DNA of 64,000 bases from assembly GCF_988243305.1 (NCBI RefSeq), contig NZ_OZ547136.1. One strand, 5' to 3'. Below the pieces are notes generated by a model that saw only the letters and a list, made by a program, of their open reading frames with translations, made no database searches and had not been told where the DNA came from. Below are positions 37,597-55,348 of the stretch, piece after piece (the first letter of the stretch is position 1; the number at the start of each line of letters is the position of its first letter). The translations under genes were made by a program, and so were the position numbers.

Positions 37597-38235
37597 CTAT
37601 GCTTCCGGTGGCAGACAGACGCCAATTCCGCCAATTCCACAGTAACCATACGGGTTTTTATGCAGATATTGCTGGTGGTCATCTTCGGCATAATAAAACG
37701 GTGTGGCGTTAGCGATTTCCGTGGTGATGTGACGATCATCATCGGCGGCAAGCATCGCCGCCTGAAAACGTTCCAGACTGGCGCGAGCTGCGGCATCCTG
37801 TTCTGGGGTCAGCGGATAAATCGCTGAACGATACTGCGTGCCGTGGTCATTGCCCTGACGCATTCCCTGGGCGGGATCGTGATTCTCCCAAAATACCTGT
37901 AGCAACTGCTCATAGCTGATGACGGAAGGATCGTAAACAATGCGTACCGCTTCGGCATGACCCGTATCACCGGAGCACACTTCCCGATAAGTCGGATTTG
38001 GCGTATAGCCTCCGGTATAGCCTGCGGCGGTGCTGTAAACGCCGGGTAACTGCCAGAACAGACGCTCCACACCCCAGAAACAACCCATCGCAAAAATGGC
38101 AATCTCCATTCCGTCAGGTACATTGGTCATTGAGTGACCGTTGACCGCATGCAGCGTGGCTACGGGCATCGGGGTGTTACGTCCAGGCAGGGCATCGGCG
38201 GGGGAAACCAGATGCTTTTTATCAAATAAACTCAT
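37597..38235 (-). CDS. msrA: Peptide methionine sulfoxide reductase A
   Basis: 212-aa [55 protein letters not shown]... Confidence 0.9.
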
Positions 38236-38398
38236 GGTGTCGCTCTCCCGAAAATCGGTCATTGGGGTTAAGGTTGTAACAAGAGGCGTATTTGCACACA
38301 ATAACCACCGTGAATAGGTCTAAAGTAAAACATAAGAAATATTTGGGGTTTAGTCTGCTTTTTAATCCATATTACTGGATTTTTGTTAAGCCGTTTAA

Positions 38399-43950
<5,552 letters not shown>

Positions 43951-43952
43951 CA

Positions 43953-44294
43953 ATGCGAATATTTGTCTACGGCAGTTTACGCCACAAACAAGGCAACAGT
44001 CACTGGATGACCAATGCCCAGTTACTGGGCGATTTCAGTATCGATAACTACCAGTTGTATAGCCTGGGCCACTATCCAGGCGCAGTTCCGGGGAACGGAA
44101 CAGTACACGGTGAAGTTTATCGTATTGACAACGCCACGCTGGCCGAACTTGATGCCTTGCGCACCAGGGGCGGTGAATACGCGCGCCAGTTGATTCAGAC
44201 GCCGTACGGGAGTGCATGGATGTACGTTTATCAACGACCCGTCGATGGATTAAAGCTAATTGAAAGCGGCGACTGGTTAGACAGGGATAAGTAA
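43953..44294 (+). CDS. ytfP: Gamma-glutamylcyclotransferase-family protein
   Basis: 113-aa MRIFVYGSLRHKQGNSHWMTNAQLLGDF... Confidence 0.85.
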   Translation: MRIFVYGSLRHKQGNSHWMTNAQLLGDFSIDNYQLYSLGHYPGAVPGNGTVHGEVYRIDNATLAELDALRTRGGEYARQLIQTPYGSAWMYVYQRPVDGLKLIESGDWLDRDK

Positions 44295-44302
44295 TAATAA
44301 AA

Positions 44303-44330
44303 GCACGCCACCTTCGGGTGGCGTTGTTTT
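44303..44330 (+). terminator. Rho-independent terminator after ytfP
   Basis: ACGCCACC-TTCG-GGTGGCGT hairpin followed by TGTTTT. Confidence 0.7.
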
Positions 44331-44607
44331 ATGCGATGTATCTCGCGATTTTTTTTTGTAACTTTTCCATCTTTTGCTTTTCTCTCCGAGCCGCTTTCCA
44401 TATCTGCAATCGCATAAAAAACTCTGCTGGCGTTCACAAATGTGCAGGGGTAAAACGGGGGCACGCTTTGAACGGTGAGTATGAGTGAGGTCGGCTAACT
44501 TCCAGCAAGTGGCTATGAACAGCAAAATGGTGGTCGGGTTTGCTTGTTCTTACCGTTCAAGCCTTGCAACCGCTGAGAATAATGATGGTGGAATAGAGAG
44601 TTTATTT

Positions 44608-44648
44608 ATCGCGGGCATAAAAAAACCCTTACTAACCGAAGCCCGGCG
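44608..44648 (-). terminator. Rho-independent terminator after ppa
   Basis: Minus strand AACCCT...AGGGTT hairpin followed by TTTTTTT. Confidence 0.55.
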
Positions 44649-44673
44649 TTCAGGGTTATTGCGCTAGAAGAAC

Positions 44674-45204
44674 TTATTTATTCTTTGCGCGCTCGAAGGA
44701 AGCAACGATTTCAGCTTTAGCGGCTTCTGCGTTTTCCCAACCTTCAACTTTCACCCACTTGCCTTTTTCGAGGTCTTTGTAGTGCTCGAAGAAGTGAGCG
44801 ATCTGCGCTTTCAGCAGCTCTGGCAGATCGTTAACGTCTTTAATGTGATCGTATTCTTTGCTCAGCTTGGTGTGCGGAACAGCAATCAGTTTCGCATCTT
44901 CACCGGCTTCGTCGGTCATTTTCAGAACGCCAACCGGACGGCAACGGATCACAGAACCCGGCTGCAGCGGGTACGGAGTCGGGACCAGTACGTCAACCGG
45001 GTCACCGTCCAGAGACAGGGTGTGGTTGATGTAACCGTAGTTGCACGGATAGAACATCGCGGTGGACATGAAGCGGTCAACGAACAGTGCGCCGCTCTCT
45101 TTGTCGATTTCGTATTTGATCGGATCTGCGTTAGCCGGGATCTCAATAACAACGTAGATGTCTTCCGGCAGATCTTTACCCGCAGGGACGTTGAGTAAGC
45201 TCAT
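44674..45204 (-). CDS. ppa: Inorganic pyrophosphatase
   Basis: 176-aa [46 protein letters not shown]... Confidence 0.95.
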   Translation of the reverse strand: MSLLNVPAGKDLPEDIYVVIEIPANADPIKYEIDKESGALFVDRFMSTAMFYPCNYGYINHTLSLDGDPVDVLVPTPYPLQPGSVIRCRPVGVLKMTDEAGEDAKLIAVPHTKLSKEYDHIKDVNDLPELLKAQIAHFFEHYKDLEKGKWVKVEGWENAEAAKAEIVASFERAKNK

Positions 45205-45513
45205 GTCTGTTTCCTTTAAAAATATGTGGCAAACAAGTGCCGAGTATTATAGCCAACTCGCGCCGAATGTCTTCGCTTGTTTTCGTCTTCATTTTCCTTT
45301 TTCGCCAATTTTAAGACGGTATACAGAGCAGGAAAATCCATAACCGTAGCCGCATTTTTCATAGTGAGATGAAAGCGATTACAAACTTGTGATTAACGTT
45401 TTATTTACTTCTTTGAAGTGTGATGTAACGCAATCCGTTACATAACGAATTGTCTATAGTTTTTTCGCGAACATCTTTTCACCAATAATAATTACCCCGA
45501 CGAGGACAACCCT

Positions 45514-46470
45514 ATGTGGAAACGCTTACTTGTAGTCTCTGCAGTCTCGGCAGCCATGTCGTCTATGGCGTTGGCCGCTCCATTAACCGTAGGATTTTCG
45601 CAGGTCGGATCGGAATCTGGCTGGCGCGCCGCAGAAACCAATGTGGCGAAAAGTGAGGCCGAAAAACGCGGAATTACGCTGAAAATTGCCGATGGTCAGC
45701 AAAAGCAGGAAAACCAGATTAAAGCGGTACGTTCCTTCGTCGCGCAAGGGGTGGATGCGATCTTTATCGCTCCGGTGGTTGCGACTGGTTGGGAACCGGT
45801 ATTAAAAGAGGCGAAAGATGCCGAAATCCCGGTCTTCTTGCTCGATCGTTCTATTGATGTGAAAGACAAATCTCTCTATATGACCACCGTCACTGCCGAC
45901 AACATTCTCGAAGGCAAGTTGATTGGTGACTGGCTGGTAAAAGAAGTGAATGGCAAACCATGCAACGTGGTGGAGCTGCAGGGCACTGTTGGGGCCAGCG
46001 TCGCCATTGACCGTAAGAAAGGCTTTGCCGAAGCCATTAAGAATGCGCCAAATATCAAAATTATCCGCTCGCAGTCAGGTGACTTCACCCGCAGTAAAGG
46101 CAAAGAAGTCATGGAGAGCTTTATCAAAGCGGAAAACAACGGCAAAAACATCTGCATGGTTTACGCCCATAACGACGACATGGTGATTGGTGCAATTCAG
46201 GCAATTAAAGAAGCGGGCCTGAAACCAGGCAAAGATATTCTGACAGGTTCTATCGACGGCGTACCGGATATCTACAAAGCGATGATTGATGGCGAAGCGA
46301 ACGCCAGTGTTGAACTGACGCCGAATATGGCAGGTCCCGCCTTCGACGCGCTGGAGAAATACAAAAAAGACGGCACCATGCCTGAAAAGCTGACGCTGAC
46401 CAAATCCACCCTTTATCTGCCTGATACCGCAAAAGAAGAGTTAGAGAAGAAGAAAAATATGGGGTATTGA
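45514..46470 (+). CDS. ytfQ: ABC transporter periplasmic sugar-binding protein (galactofuranose)
   Basis: 318-aa MWKRLLVVSAVSAAMSSMALAAPLTVGFSQVGSESGWRAAET... Confidence 0.9.
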   Translation: MWKRLLVVSAVSAAMSSMALAAPLTVGFSQVGSESGWRAAETNVAKSEAEKRGITLKIADGQQKQENQIKAVRSFVAQGVDAIFIAPVVATGWEPVLKEAKDAEIPVFLLDRSIDVKDKSLYMTTVTADNILEGKLIGDWLVKEVNGKPCNVVELQGTVGASVAIDRKKGFAEAIKNAPNIKIIRSQSGDFTRSKGKEVMESFIKAENNGKNICMVYAHNDDMVIGAIQAIKEAGLKPGKDILTGSIDGVPDIYKAMIDGEANASVELTPNMAGPAFDALEKYKKDGTMPEKLTLTKSTLYLPDTAKEELEKKKNMGY

Positions 46471-46600
46471 GGGTTGCTATGCCTGATGCCGATTCGTAGG
46501 CCGGATAAGGCGCTCGCGCCGCATCCGGCGGTGGTGCGCTGAAGCCTGATGCGACGCTTACCGCGTCTTATCATGCCTACTGGGAGCACGCTTTACACCG
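46471..46600. repeat. REP/BIME palindromic units
   Basis: GTAGGCCGGATAAGGCGCTCGCGCCGCATCCGGC and ...CTGATGCGACGCTTACCGCGTCTTATCATGCCTAC REP consensus copies. Confidence 0.7.
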
Positions 46601-46609
46601 GGGGAAACC

Positions 46610-48112
46610 ATGACGACTAACCAACACCAGGAGATCCTCCGCACCGAAGGATTAAGTAAATTTTTCCCCGGCGTCAAAGCGTTAGACAACGTTGATTTCA
46701 GCCTGCGCCGCGGCGAAATCATGGCGCTGCTCGGTGAAAACGGGGCAGGAAAATCAACGCTAATCAAAGCATTAACTGGTGTATACCACGCCGATCGCGG
46801 CACCATCTGGCTGGAAGGCCAGGCTATCTCACCGAAAAATACCGCCCATGCACAACAACTCGGTATCGGCACCGTCTATCAGGAAGTAAACCTGCTACCC
46901 AATATGTCGGTCGCTGATAATCTATTTATAGGCCGCGAACCCAAACGCTTCGGCCTTCTACGCCGCAAAGAGATGGAAAAGCGCGCCACCGAACTGATGG
47001 CATCTTACGGTTTCTCCCTCGACGTGCGCGAACCGCTCAACCGCTTTTCAGTCGCGATGCAGCAAATCGTCGCTATTTGCCGGGCTATCGATCTCTCTGC
47101 CAAAGTGCTGATCCTCGATGAACCCACCGCCAGTCTCGACACCCAGGAAGTGGAGTTACTGTTTGACCTGATGCGTCAGTTGCGCGATCGCGGCGTCAGC
47201 CTGATTTTTGTCACTCACTTTCTCGATCAGGTCTATCAGGTCAGCGATCGGATCACCGTCTTACGCAACGGCAGTTTCGTAGGCTGTCGGGAAACGTGCG
47301 AGCTACCGCAGATCGAACTGGTAAAAATGATGCTGGGGCGCGAGCTGGATACCCACGCGCTACAGCGTGCCGGGCGAACATTGTTGAGCGACAAACCCGT
47401 TGCCGCGTTCAAAAATTACGGCAAAAAAGGAACGATCGCACCGTTTGATCTCGAAGTACGCCCCGGCGAGATCGTCGGTCTGGCTGGATTGCTGGGATCA
47501 GGACGTACCGAAACCGCCGAAGTGATCTTCGGTATCAAACCTGCTGACAGCGGCACGGCGTTGATCAAAGGCAAATCGCAAAACCTGCGATCGCCACATC
47601 AGGCTTCGGTACTGGGCATTGGCTTCTGCCCGGAAGACAGGAAAACCGATGGCATCATCGCTGCCGCCTCGGTGCGGGAAAATATCATCCTCGCTCTCCA
47701 GGCCCAGCGCGGCTGGCTACGTCCCATTTCCCGCAAAGAACAGCAAGAGATTGCCGAACGCTTTATCCGCCAGCTTGGCATTCGCACACCTTCAACTGAA
47801 CAACCGATTGAATTTCTCTCTGGCGGCAATCAGCAAAAAGTGTTGCTTTCACGTTGGCTACTGACCCGACCGCAATTTCTGATCCTTGATGAGCCAACTC
47901 GCGGCATTGATGTTGGTGCCCACGCCGAGATCATCCGCCTGATTGAAACGCTATGCGCCGATGGTCTGGCGCTGCTGGTGATCTCCTCCGAACTGGAAGA
48001 ACTGGTGGGCTATGCCGACCGGGTGATCATCATGCGCGATCGCAAACAGGTGGCGGAGATCCCGCTGGCAGAGCTTTCCGTTCCGGCGATCATGAACGCC
48101 ATTGCGGCGTAA
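46610..48112 (+). CDS. ytfR: ABC transporter ATP-binding protein (tandem ATPase domains)
   Basis: 500-aa ORF with two Walker A boxes (GENGAGKST and GLLGSGRTE) and signature motifs. Confidence 0.9.
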   Translation: MTTNQHQEILRTEGLSKFFPGVKALDNVDFSLRRGEIMALLGENGAGKSTLIKALTGVYHADRGTIWLEGQAISPKNTAHAQQLGIGTVYQEVNLLPNMSVADNLFIGREPKRFGLLRRKEMEKRATELMASYGFSLDVREPLNRFSVAMQQIVAICRAIDLSAKVLILDEPTASLDTQEVELLFDLMRQLRDRGVSLIFVTHFLDQVYQVSDRITVLRNGSFVGCRETCELPQIELVKMMLGRELDTHALQRAGRTLLSDKPVAAFKNYGKKGTIAPFDLEVRPGEIVGLAGLLGSGRTETAEVIFGIKPADSGTALIKGKSQNLRSPHQASVLGIGFCPEDRKTDGIIAAASVRENIILALQAQRGWLRPISRKEQQEIAERFIRQLGIRTPSTEQPIEFLSGGNQQKVLLSRWLLTRPQFLILDEPTRGIDVGAHAEIIRLIETLCADGLALLVISSELEELVGYADRVIIMRDRKQVAEIPLAELSVPAIMNAIAA

Positions 48113-48125
48113 GGAGAACAGTGTG

Positions 48126-49148
48126 ATGCCTCAATCTCTCCCGGACACTACGCCGCCGAAAAGGCGCTTTCGCTGGCCAACGGGAATGCCGCAGCTGGCG
48201 GCACTGTTGCTGGTGCTGCTGGTCGATAGCCTGGTGGCCCCGCATTTCTGGCAGGTGGTGCTCCAGGATGGGCGTTTATTCGGTAGCCCCATAGACATTC
48301 TTAACCGTGCGGCCCCCGTTGCGCTGTTGGCTATCGGAATGACGCTGGTGATCGCAACAGGTGGGATTGATCTCTCCGTGGGGGCGGTGATGGCTATCGC
48401 CGGAGCCACAACGGCTGCGATGACGGTCGCGGGATTCAGCCTGCCGATTGTTTTGTTAAGCGCCCTGGGCACTGGCATCCTGGCGGGATTGTGGAACGGC
48501 ATACTGGTAGCGATCCTCAAAATTCAGCCGTTTGTTGCCACCCTGATCCTGATGGTCGCCGGGCGCGGCGTGGCGCAACTGATCACCTCCGGACAGATCG
48601 TCACGTTTAACTCGCCGGATCTCTCATGGTTTGGCAGTGGATCGCTGTTGTTCCTGCCAACGCCGGTCATTATCGCGGTGCTGACGCTTATCCTGTTCTG
48701 GCTGTTGACCCGCAAAACGGCGCTGGGGATGTTTATCGAAGCCGTTGGTATCAACATTCGGGCGGCAAAAAATGCCGGGGTAAACACGCGGATCATCGTC
48801 ATGCTTACCTACGTGTTGAGCGGGCTGTGTGCGGCGATTGCGGGCATTATCGTGGCGGCGGATATTCGCGGTGCCGATGCCAATAACGCCGGGTTATGGC
48901 TGGAGCTGGACGCCATTCTCGCGGTGGTTATTGGCGGCGGATCGCTGATGGGCGGACGTTTTAACCTACTGCTTTCGGTGGTGGGGGCGCTGATTATTCA
49001 GGGGATGAACACCGGAATTTTGCTTTCGGGCTTTCCGCCAGAGATGAACCAGGTTGTAAAAGCGGTGGTGGTTCTTTGCGTGCTGATTGTCCAGTCGCAA
49101 CGCTTTATCAGTCTGATTAAAGGAGTACGTAGCCGTGATAAAACGTAA
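48126..49148 (+). CDS. ytfT: ABC transporter permease
   Basis: Hydrophobic ORF MPQSLPDTTPPKRRFRWPTGMPQLAALLLV...; start at ATG 48126. Confidence 0.85.
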   Translation: MPQSLPDTTPPKRRFRWPTGMPQLAALLLVLLVDSLVAPHFWQVVLQDGRLFGSPIDILNRAAPVALLAIGMTLVIATGGIDLSVGAVMAIAGATTAAMTVAGFSLPIVLLSALGTGILAGLWNGILVAILKIQPFVATLILMVAGRGVAQLITSGQIVTFNSPDLSWFGSGSLLFLPTPVIIAVLTLILFWLLTRKTALGMFIEAVGINIRAAKNAGVNTRIIVMLTYVLSGLCAAIAGIIVAADIRGADANNAGLWLELDAILAVVIGGGSLMGGRFNLLLSVVGALIIQGMNTGILLSGFPPEMNQVVKAVVVLCVLIVQSQRFISLIKGVRSRDKT

Positions 49149-50130
49149 TTTGCCACTGATGATCACCATCGGCGTCTTTGTGTTGGGTTATCTTTACTGC
49201 CTGACCCAGTTTCCCGGTTTTGCTTCCACAAGAGTGATCTGCAATATCCTGACCGATAACGCCTTTCTTGGGATCATTGCCGTTGGCATGACCTTTGTGA
49301 TCCTCTCCGGTGGGATCGATCTCTCCGTCGGTTCGGTGATCGCCTTTACTGGCGTGTTTCTGGCAAAAGTGATTGGCGATTTCGGCCTCTCGCCGCTACT
49401 GGCGTTTCCGCTAGTGCTGGTGATGGGCTGTGCCTTCGGCGCATTTATGGGGCTTTTGATCGACGCCCTGAAGATCCCGGCATTTATCATTACCCTGGCG
49501 GGGATGTTCTTTTTGCGCGGTGTCAGCTATCTCGTTTCGGAAGAGTCGATTCCGATAAACCATCCCATTTATGACACGCTCTCAAGCCTTGCGTGGAAAA
49601 TCCCTGGCGGCGGTCGCTTAAGTGCGATGGGACTGCTGATGTTGGCGGTGGTGGTTATCGGTATTTTCCTCGCGCATCGTACCCGTTTTGGTAATCAGGT
49701 ATACGCCATTGGCGGCAACGCAACGTCGGCGAACCTGATGGGGATTTCCACTCGCAGCACCACTATTCGCATTTATATGCTCTCCACCGGACTGGCAACG
49801 CTGGCGGGGATTGTCTTCTCGATTTATACCCAGGCCGGATATGCGCTGGCGGGCGTAGGTGTGGAACTGGATGCTATCGCCTCAGTGGTAATTGGCGGTA
49901 CGCTTCTGAGCGGTGGCGTTGGAACGGTATTAGGGACGCTTTTTGGCGTGGCGATTCAGGGACTGATTCAGACTTACATAAACTTTGATGGCACGCTGAG
50001 CTCATGGTGGACGAAAATCGCCATCGGTATTTTGTTGTTTATTTTTATAGCATTACAGCGTGGATTAACGGTGCTGTGGGAGAATCGTCAGAGTTCGCCA
50101 GTGACAAGAGTCAACATTGCGCAGCGATAA
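49135..50130 (+). CDS. yjfF: ABC transporter permease
   Basis: 331-aa MIKRNLPLMITIGVFVLGYLYCLTQ...; overlaps ytfT stop. Confidence 0.85.
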   Translation: MIKRNLPLMITIGVFVLGYLYCLTQFPGFASTRVICNILTDNAFLGIIAVGMTFVILSGGIDLSVGSVIAFTGVFLAKVIGDFGLSPLLAFPLVLVMGCAFGAFMGLLIDALKIPAFIITLAGMFFLRGVSYLVSEESIPINHPIYDTLSSLAWKIPGGGRLSAMGLLMLAVVVIGIFLAHRTRFGNQVYAIGGNATSANLMGISTRSTTIRIYMLSTGLATLAGIVFSIYTQAGYALAGVGVELDAIASVVIGGTLLSGGVGTVLGTLFGVAIQGLIQTYINFDGTLSSWWTKIAIGILLFIFIALQRGLTVLWENRQSSPVTRVNIAQR

Positions 50131-50162
50131 AAACGCCTCTCCGTGTGGAGAGGCGCAGGAGA

Positions 50163-51161
50163 TTACGCGTCCGGGAACTCACGGATAAAGCGTTCGACAT
50201 CTTCAACCATATGGTCGTTGCCGACAAAGAACGAACGGCGCTGGTGCAGAGTTTCCGGGATGATATCCAGAATACGCTCTTTGCCATCGCTCGCTTTACC
50301 GCCCGCTTGTTCCGCCAGGAATGCCATCGGGTTGCACTCATAAAGCAAACGCAGTTTGCCGTCCGGGTGGCTGGCGGTGCTTGGGTAGAGATAAATACCG
50401 CCTTTCAGCAGGTTACGGTGGAAATCCGCGACCAGTGAACCGATATAACGTGAGGTATACGGGCGGTTGGTGGATTTATCTTCTTCCTGGCAGAATTTAA
50501 TGTACTTCTTCACCCCGTTCGGAAACTTAATGTAGTTTCCTTCGTTGATGGAGTAGGTTTTGCCTTTCTCCGGGAAGCGCATCCGTTCCTGGCACAGGCA
50601 GAAAACGCCGAGCGAAGGATCGTAAGTAAAGGCGTGAACACCGCATCCGGTGGTGTAAACCAGCATGGTAGAGGAGCCGTATACCACGTAACCTGCCGCA
50701 ACCTGTTTGTTACCAGGCTGGAGGAAATCTTCTTCCGTTACCGGCGTGCCGACGGGCGTAACGCGGCGGTAGATGGAGAAAATGGTACCGACAGAGACGT
50801 TAACATCGATGTTGGACGAGCCATCCAGTGGGTCCATCAGCACCACGTATTTTGCATGTTCACAGCCTTCAAAGACGACAATCTCATCTTCTTCTTCAGA
50901 GGCAATGCCCGCAACGATATCGCGTGCTTTCAGTGCGGCTTTCAGTTTTTCATTAGCGAACAAGTCGAGTTTTTGCTGAACCTCGCCCTGCACGTTCTCA
51001 GCACCGCTGGCACCCAGGATATCAACCAGTCCTGCTTTGTTGATATCGCGATGGATAATCTTGGCGCCCAGTTTTATTGCCGACAGCAAAGCAGTGAGCT
51101 CACCGGTAGCATGAGAAAACTCGTGCTGCTTTTCGACAATAAATTCACCTAACGTTTTCAT
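50163..51161 (-). CDS. fbp: Fructose-1,6-bisphosphatase class 1
   Basis: 332-aa [45 protein letters not shown]...; start at internal ATG 51159-51161. Confidence 0.9.
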
Positions 51162-51336
51162 AAAACTTTCCCTGCAATGTTTATGGAGTAAAGCGACCGT
51201 AACAATCTTAACAAATAATCGGAATGTTGCGCTCAGGTGAATCGCGCCAGCAAATTGCGGATTATCCTGAAATGCGTTTCTCACTTGCCCGACATATGCG
51301 TAAAATGAGCGGCAGATTAAAAAAGGATAGTGACGT

Positions 51337-52710
51337 ATGCGCATTCATATTTTAGGAATTTGTGGCACGTTTATGGGCGGTCTGGCGATGCTGGCGCGCC
51401 AGTTAGGCCATGAAGTAACGGGTTCGGACGCCAATGTGTATCCGCCGATGAGCACCTTACTTGAGAAGCAAGGCATTGAACTGATTCAGGGTTACGATGC
51501 CAGCCAGCTCGATCCGCAGCCGGATCTGGTGATTATTGGCAACGCCATGACCCGTGGAAATCCGTGTGTGGAAGCGGTACTGGAAAAAAACATCCCTTAT
51601 ATGTCAGGTCCACAGTGGCTGCACGATTTTGTGCTGCGCGACCGCTGGGTGCTGGCCGTTGCCGGTACACATGGCAAAACCACCACCGCGGGAATGGCGA
51701 CCTGGATTCTGGAACAGTGCGGTTACAAACCGGGATTTGTGATCGGCGGTGTGCCGGGGAACTTTGAGGTTTCGGCGCGTCTGGGCGAAAGCAACTTCTT
51801 TGTTATCGAAGCGGATGAGTATGACTGCGCCTTCTTCGACAAACGCTCTAAATTTGTTCATTACTGCCCGCGTACGCTGATCCTCAACAACCTTGAGTTC
51901 GATCACGCCGATATCTTTGACGACCTGAAAGCGATCCAGAAACAGTTCCACCATCTGGTGCGTATCGTTCCGGGGCAGGGCCGTATTATCTGGCCAGAAA
52001 ACGACATCAACCTGAAACAGACCATGGCGATGGGCTGCTGGAGCGAGCAGGAGCTGGTGGGCGAGCAAGGTCACTGGCAGGCGAAAAAGCTGACCACCGA
52101 TGCTTCCGAATGGGAAGTCTTGCTGGATGGCGAAAAAGTGGGCGAAGTGAAATGGTCGCTGGTAGGCGAACATAATATGCACAATGGCCTGATGGCGATT
52201 GCGGCGGCTCGCCATGTTGGTGTAGCGCCGGCAGATGCCGCTAACGCGCTGGGTTCGTTTATTAACGCTCGCCGCCGTCTGGAGTTGCGTGGTGAAGCGA
52301 ATGGCGTAACGGTATATGACGATTTTGCCCATCACCCGACGGCGATTCTGGCAACGCTTGCGGCGCTGCGTGGCAAAGTTGGCGGTACGGCGCGCATTAT
52401 TGCTGTGCTGGAACCGCGCTCGAATACCATGAAAATGGGGATCTGCAAAGACGATCTGGCACCTTCATTAGGTCGTGCCGATGAAGTCTTCCTGCTGCAA
52501 CCAGCGCATATTCCGTGGCAGGTGGCAGAAGTGGCAGAAGCCTGCGTTCAGCCTGCACACTGGAGTGGCGATGTGGATACGCTGGCAGATATGGTGGTGA
52601 AAACCGCTCAGCCTGGCGACCATATTCTGGTGATGAGCAACGGCGGTTTTGGTGGGATCCATCAGAAACTGCTGGATGGTCTGGCGAAGAAGGCGGAAGC
52701 TGCGCAGTAA
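51337..52710 (+). CDS. mpl: UDP-N-acetylmuramate:L-alanyl-gamma-D-glutamyl-meso-diaminopimelate ligase
   Basis: 457-aa [38 protein letters not shown]... (Mur ligase family). Confidence 0.9.
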
Positions 52711-52865
52711 TTCGGCCTCAGCCTGATATAGTGTGCGTAGGCCGGATAAGGCGTTCACGCCGCATCCGGCATTTGAGCATAGTGCCTGATGCGACGCTTG
52801 ATGCGTCTTATCAGGCCTACAGGTGCACCGCATCCGGCAAACCATACTCACATCAACAACGAAAA
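52711..52865. repeat. BIME/REP cluster
   Basis: Several REP units: GTAGGCCGGATAAGGCGTTCACGCCGCATCCGGC, GCCTGATGCGACGCTTGATGCGTCTTATCAGGCCTAC, ACCGCATCCGGC. Confidence 0.75.
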
Positions 52866-53417
52866 TTACCCTTCATTCTCCGCCAGTTCGCGCAGATACT
52901 GGAAAATCTGGCGTGCGGATTTCGGCGGCTTATTCCCTTCTTTCTCTTTCTTCGCGTTACGGATCAGAGTACGCAGTTGCTGACGATCGGCATCGGGCCA
53001 CAGATTTAATACCTCAGCGATGGCGTCATCACCTTGATCGATCAGGCGATCGCGCAGGTTTTCCAGTTTATGGAACAGCACCACCTGCTGGTTGTGACGG
53101 TTTTTCAGCTTATCCAGCGCCTGACGGATCGGTTCTACATCGCGCTGGCGCAGCATCTTACCGATGAGCTGCAACTGGCGGCGGCGACCTTCCATCTTAA
53201 TACGCTGGGCGAGCTCAATAGCCGCGCGCAGATCCGCATCTAACGGGATCTTATCCAGCGCGTTTTTCCCCAGATCAACAATTTCCGCGCCAAGGCGTTT
53301 TAGCTCCTCGGCATCACGTTTAATTTCACTTTTACTGACCCAGATAATTTCATCGTCTTCGTCTTCGATGTCATCACCGGGAACGTCGTCGAGCCAGTCT
53401 TCGGGCTGCTTAGTCAT
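52866..53417 (-). CDS. yjgA: Ribosome-associated DUF615 protein
   Basis: 183-aa [43 protein letters not shown]... Confidence 0.85.
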
Positions 53418-53510
53418 CTCAGGCTCCTTAAAAAAAGAGGCTAATGTTACCAGTTAAGATGCGCACTGAAAAACGGTTCTCTGTTAGACTTCAGAGAAAC
53501 TCTCTACATT

Positions 53511-54863
53511 ATGGCACTTGCAATGAAAGTAATCTCTCAAGTTGAAGCGCAGCGCAAGATTCTGGAAGAAGCAGTTTCCACTGCGCTGGAGTTGGCCTCA
53601 GGCAAATCGGACGGTGCGGAAGTTGCCGTCAGCAAGACCACCGGCATTAGCGTAAGCACGCGTTATGGTGAAGTGGAGAATGTTGAATTCAATAGCGATG
53701 GCGCGCTGGGGATCACTGTTTATCACCAGAACCGCAAAGGTAGCGCATCATCCACCGATTTAAGCCCGCAGGCCATTGCCCGCACCGTACAGGCGGCGCT
53801 GGATATTGCCCGTTATACCTCGCCAGATCCCTGTGCCGGCGTGGCAGACAAAGAGCTGCTGGCCTTTGAGGCACCGGATCTCGATTTGTTCCACCCTGCG
53901 GAAGTTTCCCCGGATGAAGCCATTGAACTGGCGGCCCGCGCAGAACAGGCAGCATTACAGGCGGACAAACGTATCACCAATACCGAAGGTGGCAGCTTTA
54001 ACAGCCACTACGGTGTCAAAGTTTTTGGCAACAGCCACGGCATGTTGCAGGGTTACTGCTCTACGCGTCATTCGCTCTCCAGCTGTGTAATTGCCGAAGA
54101 AAATGGCGATATGGAGCGTGATTACGCCTACACCATTGGTCGTGCGATGAGCGATCTGCAAACGCCAGAGTGGGTTGGGGCCGACTGTGCTCGCCGTACT
54201 TTATCGCGCCTGTCACCGCGTAAACTCTCCACCATGAAAGCGCCGGTCATTTTTGCCAATGAAGTGGCAACCGGGCTTTTTGGGCATCTGGTGGGGGCGA
54301 TAGCGGGTGGAGCGGTTTACCGTAAATCTACCTTCCTGCTGGATTCGCTGGGTAAACAAATTCTGCCGGACTGGCTGACCATTGAAGAGCATCCGCATCT
54401 GCTGAAAGGGCTGGCATCGACGCCATTTGACAGCGAAGGTGTGCGCACCGAGCGTCGCGATATTATTAAAGATGGCATCCTGACTCAGTGGCTGCTGACC
54501 AGCTATTCGGCGCGAAAACTGGGGCTGAAAAGCACCGGACATGCGGGCGGTATTCACAACTGGCGGATTGCCGGACAAGGGCTAAGCTTCGAACAAATGC
54601 TCAAAGAGATGGGCACCGGGCTGGTGGTGACGGAGCTGATGGGCCAGGGCGTGAGTGCAATTACCGGTGATTATTCCCGTGGTGCGGCGGGCTTCTGGGT
54701 AGAAAACGGCGAAATTCAGTATCCGGTTAGCGAAATCACCATCGCAGGTAATTTAAAAGATATGTGGCGCAATATTGTCGCCGTCGGTAACGATATTGAA
54801 ACACGCAGTAATATACAGTGTGGTTCTGTGCTGTTGCCGGAGATGAAAATCGCCGGGCAGTAA
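53511..54863 (+). CDS. pmbA: Metalloprotease PmbA/TldE
   Basis: 450-aa [40 protein letters not shown]... Confidence 0.9.
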   Translation: MALAMKVISQVEAQRKILEEAVSTALELASGKSDGAEVAVSKTTGISVSTRYGEVENVEFNSDGALGITVYHQNRKGSASSTDLSPQAIARTVQAALDIARYTSPDPCAGVADKELLAFEAPDLDLFHPAEVSPDEAIELAARAEQAALQADKRITNTEGGSFNSHYGVKVFGNSHGMLQGYCSTRHSLSSCVIAEENGDMERDYAYTIGRAMSDLQTPEWVGADCARRTLSRLSPRKLSTMKAPVIFANEVATGLFGHLVGAIAGGAVYRKSTFLLDSLGKQILPDWLTIEEHPHLLKGLASTPFDSEGVRTERRDIIKDGILTQWLLTSYSARKLGLKSTGHAGGIHNWRIAGQGLSFEQMLKEMGTGLVVTELMGQGVSAITGDYSRGAAGFWVENGEIQYPVSEITIAGNLKDMWRNIVAVGNDIETRSNIQCGSVLLPEMKIAGQ

Positions 54864-54914
54864 AAAACTGGCGCGACCTGCCGCGCCAAATCTTCATAAT
54901 AAAAAAGGAAGTGA

Positions 54915-55304
<390 letters not shown>

Positions 55305-55348
55305 TTCCTCATTTCCCTGTTGCCTGCACTCAGGTAACAGGGAACTTA

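Noticed and set aside
51604-52335. 243-aa minus-strand ORF within mpl
   Set aside because: Antisense to the Mur-ligase ORF; no independent support.
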